Assembly: GCA_038087875.1 (NCBI GenBank)
Contig: JAXLNO010000061.1
Location: 124,001 to 188,000 of the forward strand
Direction: 5' to 3'
Length of the DNA stretch: 64,000 nucleotides
Source: Malacoraja senta
Taxonomy: Eukaryota
Shown here piece after piece: positions 61,087-64,000 of the stretch. Made by a program: the position numbers and the translations under genes. Numbering within the stretch: position 1 is the first letter of the stretch; the number at the start of each line of letters is the position of its first letter. The notes under the pieces were generated by a model, which was not told the origin of the DNA, searched no databases, and saw only the letters and a list, made by a program, of their open reading frames with translations.

Positions 61087-62833
61087 GGGTTAAATCCCTC
61101 CCGTACCCCGGCCCGGACATTAACCCCGACACCAATGTTAACACAGACTCAAACCTTCAACCAGGTCTGCTGTTGTACGGCACCAAACGAGTTAACACAA
61201 CCACCCTCCCCCCCCCCCGCTGAGTTTGCAGCGGTGCTAGGGCTTGCTGCCATGTAGACTACCCACCACCCCCCCCGGGACTGCTCCGGCGGCAGCGAGA
61301 GACACAATTTAACCCATTTACTGAGGAATGTGGATCGATGCATTGCATAACTACTTGCTAACTACTGGCTGTTAACAAGTGTTACAGTAGCAGTTAACAC
61401 ATCGTTTGTTATCCATGTTCGTTTTGTAAAAAAATCCATATGGCAAATATTTTTTTTAATCTTTAACATAGCGAATTTGTATTTCCATATGAAATACGGA
61501 AAATTAACGCGGGGCCCCCTTGGGCGCGGGGCCCAATTTGGAAAAAGCGGTCCAATTGGCCTAGGGCCGGCCCTGATAGCAGCACATTTGGAAAGTGGTG
61601 AAATAATTGGACAAAGTCAGCATGGATTTATGAAAGGTAAATCATGTCTGACGAATCTTATAGAATTTTTCGAGGATGTAACTAGTAGAGTGGATAAGGG
61701 AGAACCAGTGGATGTGTTATATCTGGACTTTCAGAAGGCTTTCGACAAGGTCCCACATAAGAGAATACAACTTAAAGCACACGGTATTGGGGGTTCAGTG
61801 TTGATGTGGATAGAGAACTGGCTGGCAGGGCAGGAAGCAAAGAGTAGGAGTAAACGGGTCCTTTTCAGAATGGCAGGCAGTGACTAGTGGGGTACCGCAA
61901 GGCTCAGTGCTGGGACCCCAGCTATTTACAATATATATTAATGATTTGGACGAGGGAATTGAATGCAACATCTCCAAGTTTGCGGATGACACGAAGCTGG
62001 GGGGCAGTGTTACCTGTGAGGAGGATGCTAGGAGGCTGCAAGGTGACTTGGATAGGCTGGGTGAGTGGGAAAATGCATGGCAGGTGCAGTATAATGTGGA
62101 TAAATGTGAGGTTATCCACTTTGGTGGCAAAAACAGGAAAGTAGACTATTATCTGAATGGTGGCCGATTAGGAAAAGGGAAGATGCAACGAGACCTGGGT
62201 GTCACGGTACACCAGTCATTGAAAGTAGGCATGCAGGTGCAGCAGGCAGTGAAGAAAGCGAATGATATGTTAGCATTCATAGCAAAAGGATTTGAGTATA
62301 GGAGCAGGGAGGTTCTACTGCAGTTGTACAGGGTCTTGGTGAGACCACACCTGGAGTATTGCGTACAGTTTTGGTCTCCTAATCTGAGGAAAGACATTCT
62401 GGCCATAGATGGAGTACAGAGAAGGTTCACCAGACTGATTCCTGGGATGTCAGGACTTTCATATAAAGAAAGACTGGATAGACTTGGCTTGTACTCGCTA
62501 GAATTTAGAAGATTGAGGGGGGATCTTATAGAAACTTACAAAATTCTTAAGGGGTTGGACGGGCTAGATGCAGGAAGATTGTTCCCGATGTTGGGGAAGT
62601 CCAGGACAAGGGGTCACAGCTTAAGGATAAAGGGGAAATCTTTTAGGACCGAGATGAGATAAACATTTTTCACACAGAGAGTGATGAATCTCTGGAATTC
62701 TCTGCCGCAGAAGGTAGTTGAGGCCAGTTCATTGGCTATATTTAAGAGGGAGTTAGATGTGGCCCTTGTGGCGAAAGGTATCAGGGGGTATGGAGAGAAG
62801 GCAGGTACAGGATACTGAGTTGGATGATCAGCC

Positions 62834-63033
62834 NNNNNNNNNNNNNNNNNNNNNNNNNNNNNNNNNNNNNNNNNNNNNNNNNNNNNNNNNNNNNNNNNNN
62901 NNNNNNNNNNNNNNNNNNNNNNNNNNNNNNNNNNNNNNNNNNNNNNNNNNNNNNNNNNNNNNNNNNNNNNNNNNNNNNNNNNNNNNNNNNNNNNNNNNNN
63001 NNNNNNNNNNNNNNNNNNNNNNNNNNNNNNNNN
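62834..63033. other. Assembly gap (200 N)
   Basis: Run of N. Confidence 1.
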
Positions 63034-64000
63034 CTCCGATTTCTGGATTCTCTCCCCATTTAGAAAACAGTCTATGACTTTATTCCTACTACCACAATGC
63101 ATGACTCCACACTTTGCTACACTATATTCCATCTGCCACTTCTCTGCCCACTCTCCAAGTCCTTCTGCAGAGTCCCTGCTTTCTCTACACTACCTGCCCT
63201 TCCACATATTTTCATATCATCCGCAAACTTGGTCACAAAGCCTTCAATGCCCTCGTCCAAATCATTAATATACAACGTGAAGAGTAGCGGCCCCAGCACC
63301 GAGCCCTGCAGAACTCCACTAGTCACTGGCAGCCAAGCAGAGAAAGCCCCCTTTATTGCCATCTTCTGCCATCCAGCCAACCTGCTATCCATGCTAGTAT
63401 CTGCCCTTTAATACTGTGGGCTGTCATACACCTTGGCAGCCTAACATGTGGCTTTCTGAAGTAAACAACATCTACTGAATCTCCTTTGTCTGTCCTCCTA
63501 TTTACTTCTTCAATGAATTCCAGTAAATTTGTCTAGCAAGACCTCTCCTTCACAAAGCCATGCTGAATTCTGCCTATTTTATCGTGAACTTCCAAGTACT
63601 CCGTAACCTCATCCTTTATAATGGATTCTAAAATCTTACCGGCCACCGAAGTCAGACTAACCGGCCTATAGTTCCCACTATTCTGCTTTGCTCCCTCCTT
63701 GTGCAGCGGGGCAATATTGGCAGTTTTCCCATCATTGGACTACTAACTCAAGTGACTTTTGAAATATCAATGCCTCCACAATCTCTAAAGCCACGTTTAG
63801 GGTGGTCTCTCCAGTCCAGGTGACTTATCCACCTTCAGCCCTTTCAGTTTCCCAAGCACTTTCTCCCTACTAATAACCACTAACTTCCACCCCTGACTCT
63901 CTTGAATTTCAGGCATGTTGCTGGTGTCTTCCACTGTGAAAACTGATGCTAAAAAGTTATTCAGCTCCTCTGCCATTTCTTTATTTCCCATTATCACATA
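63034..64000 (-). mobile_element. CR1 ORF2 RT fragment
   Basis: MGNKEMAEELN, QGSVLGPLLF and FADD in minus frames. Confidence 0.9.

Larger units (their letters stand above)
55138..61575. mobile_element. Non-autonomous hAT-type DNA transposon B (6438 bp including nested elements)
   Basis: TIRs cagggccggccttagg (55138-55153) / cctagggccggccctg (61560-61575), 15/16 match; subterminal gcggggcccaatt; perfect 8-bp TSD atagcagc (55130-55137, 61576-61583). No transposase seen. Confidence 0.93.
53733..62833 (+). mobile_element. CR1 ORF2 split by hAT element B (53733-55137, 61576-62833)
   Basis: Reading continues IKDGIAA|HLESGEIIGQSQHGFMKG across the insertion; ORF 61880-62662. Confidence 0.92.

Noticed and set aside
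60414..61144. ER-rich and CV-rich ORFs
   Set aside because: Translations of (CT)n and (CA)n microsatellites.

Overview
Repeat-dominated vertebrate genomic DNA, very probably from a cartilaginous fish (skate/ray-like; inferred from the CR1/HER1 LINEs, HE1-type SINEs, Penelope termini and a GPR139-like receptor). There are two 200-N assembly gaps (25290-25489, 62834-63033). I can support only one host gene: an intact two-exon, 317-aa rhodopsin-class GPCR of the GPR139/GPR142-like group on the minus strand (join 5620-5566, 5151-4253). The rest is a deeply nested transposon pile that can be ordered from target-site duplications (TSDs). It contains many CR1 copies, L1/Tx1, L2/Crack-like, Vingi/Ingi and Penelope fragments, and a Mag-like Gypsy LTR element (18655-34789). 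It also contains two 6-7.5 kb non-autonomous hAT-type elements with different TIRs that share the same composite cargo, a head-to-tail Helitron dimer, Harbinger-type MITEs, and repeated hammerhead-ribozyme-like cores in Penelope terminal sequences. Boundaries of old degraded repeats are approximate. TSD/TIR coordinates were read directly from the sequence. No database search was run.
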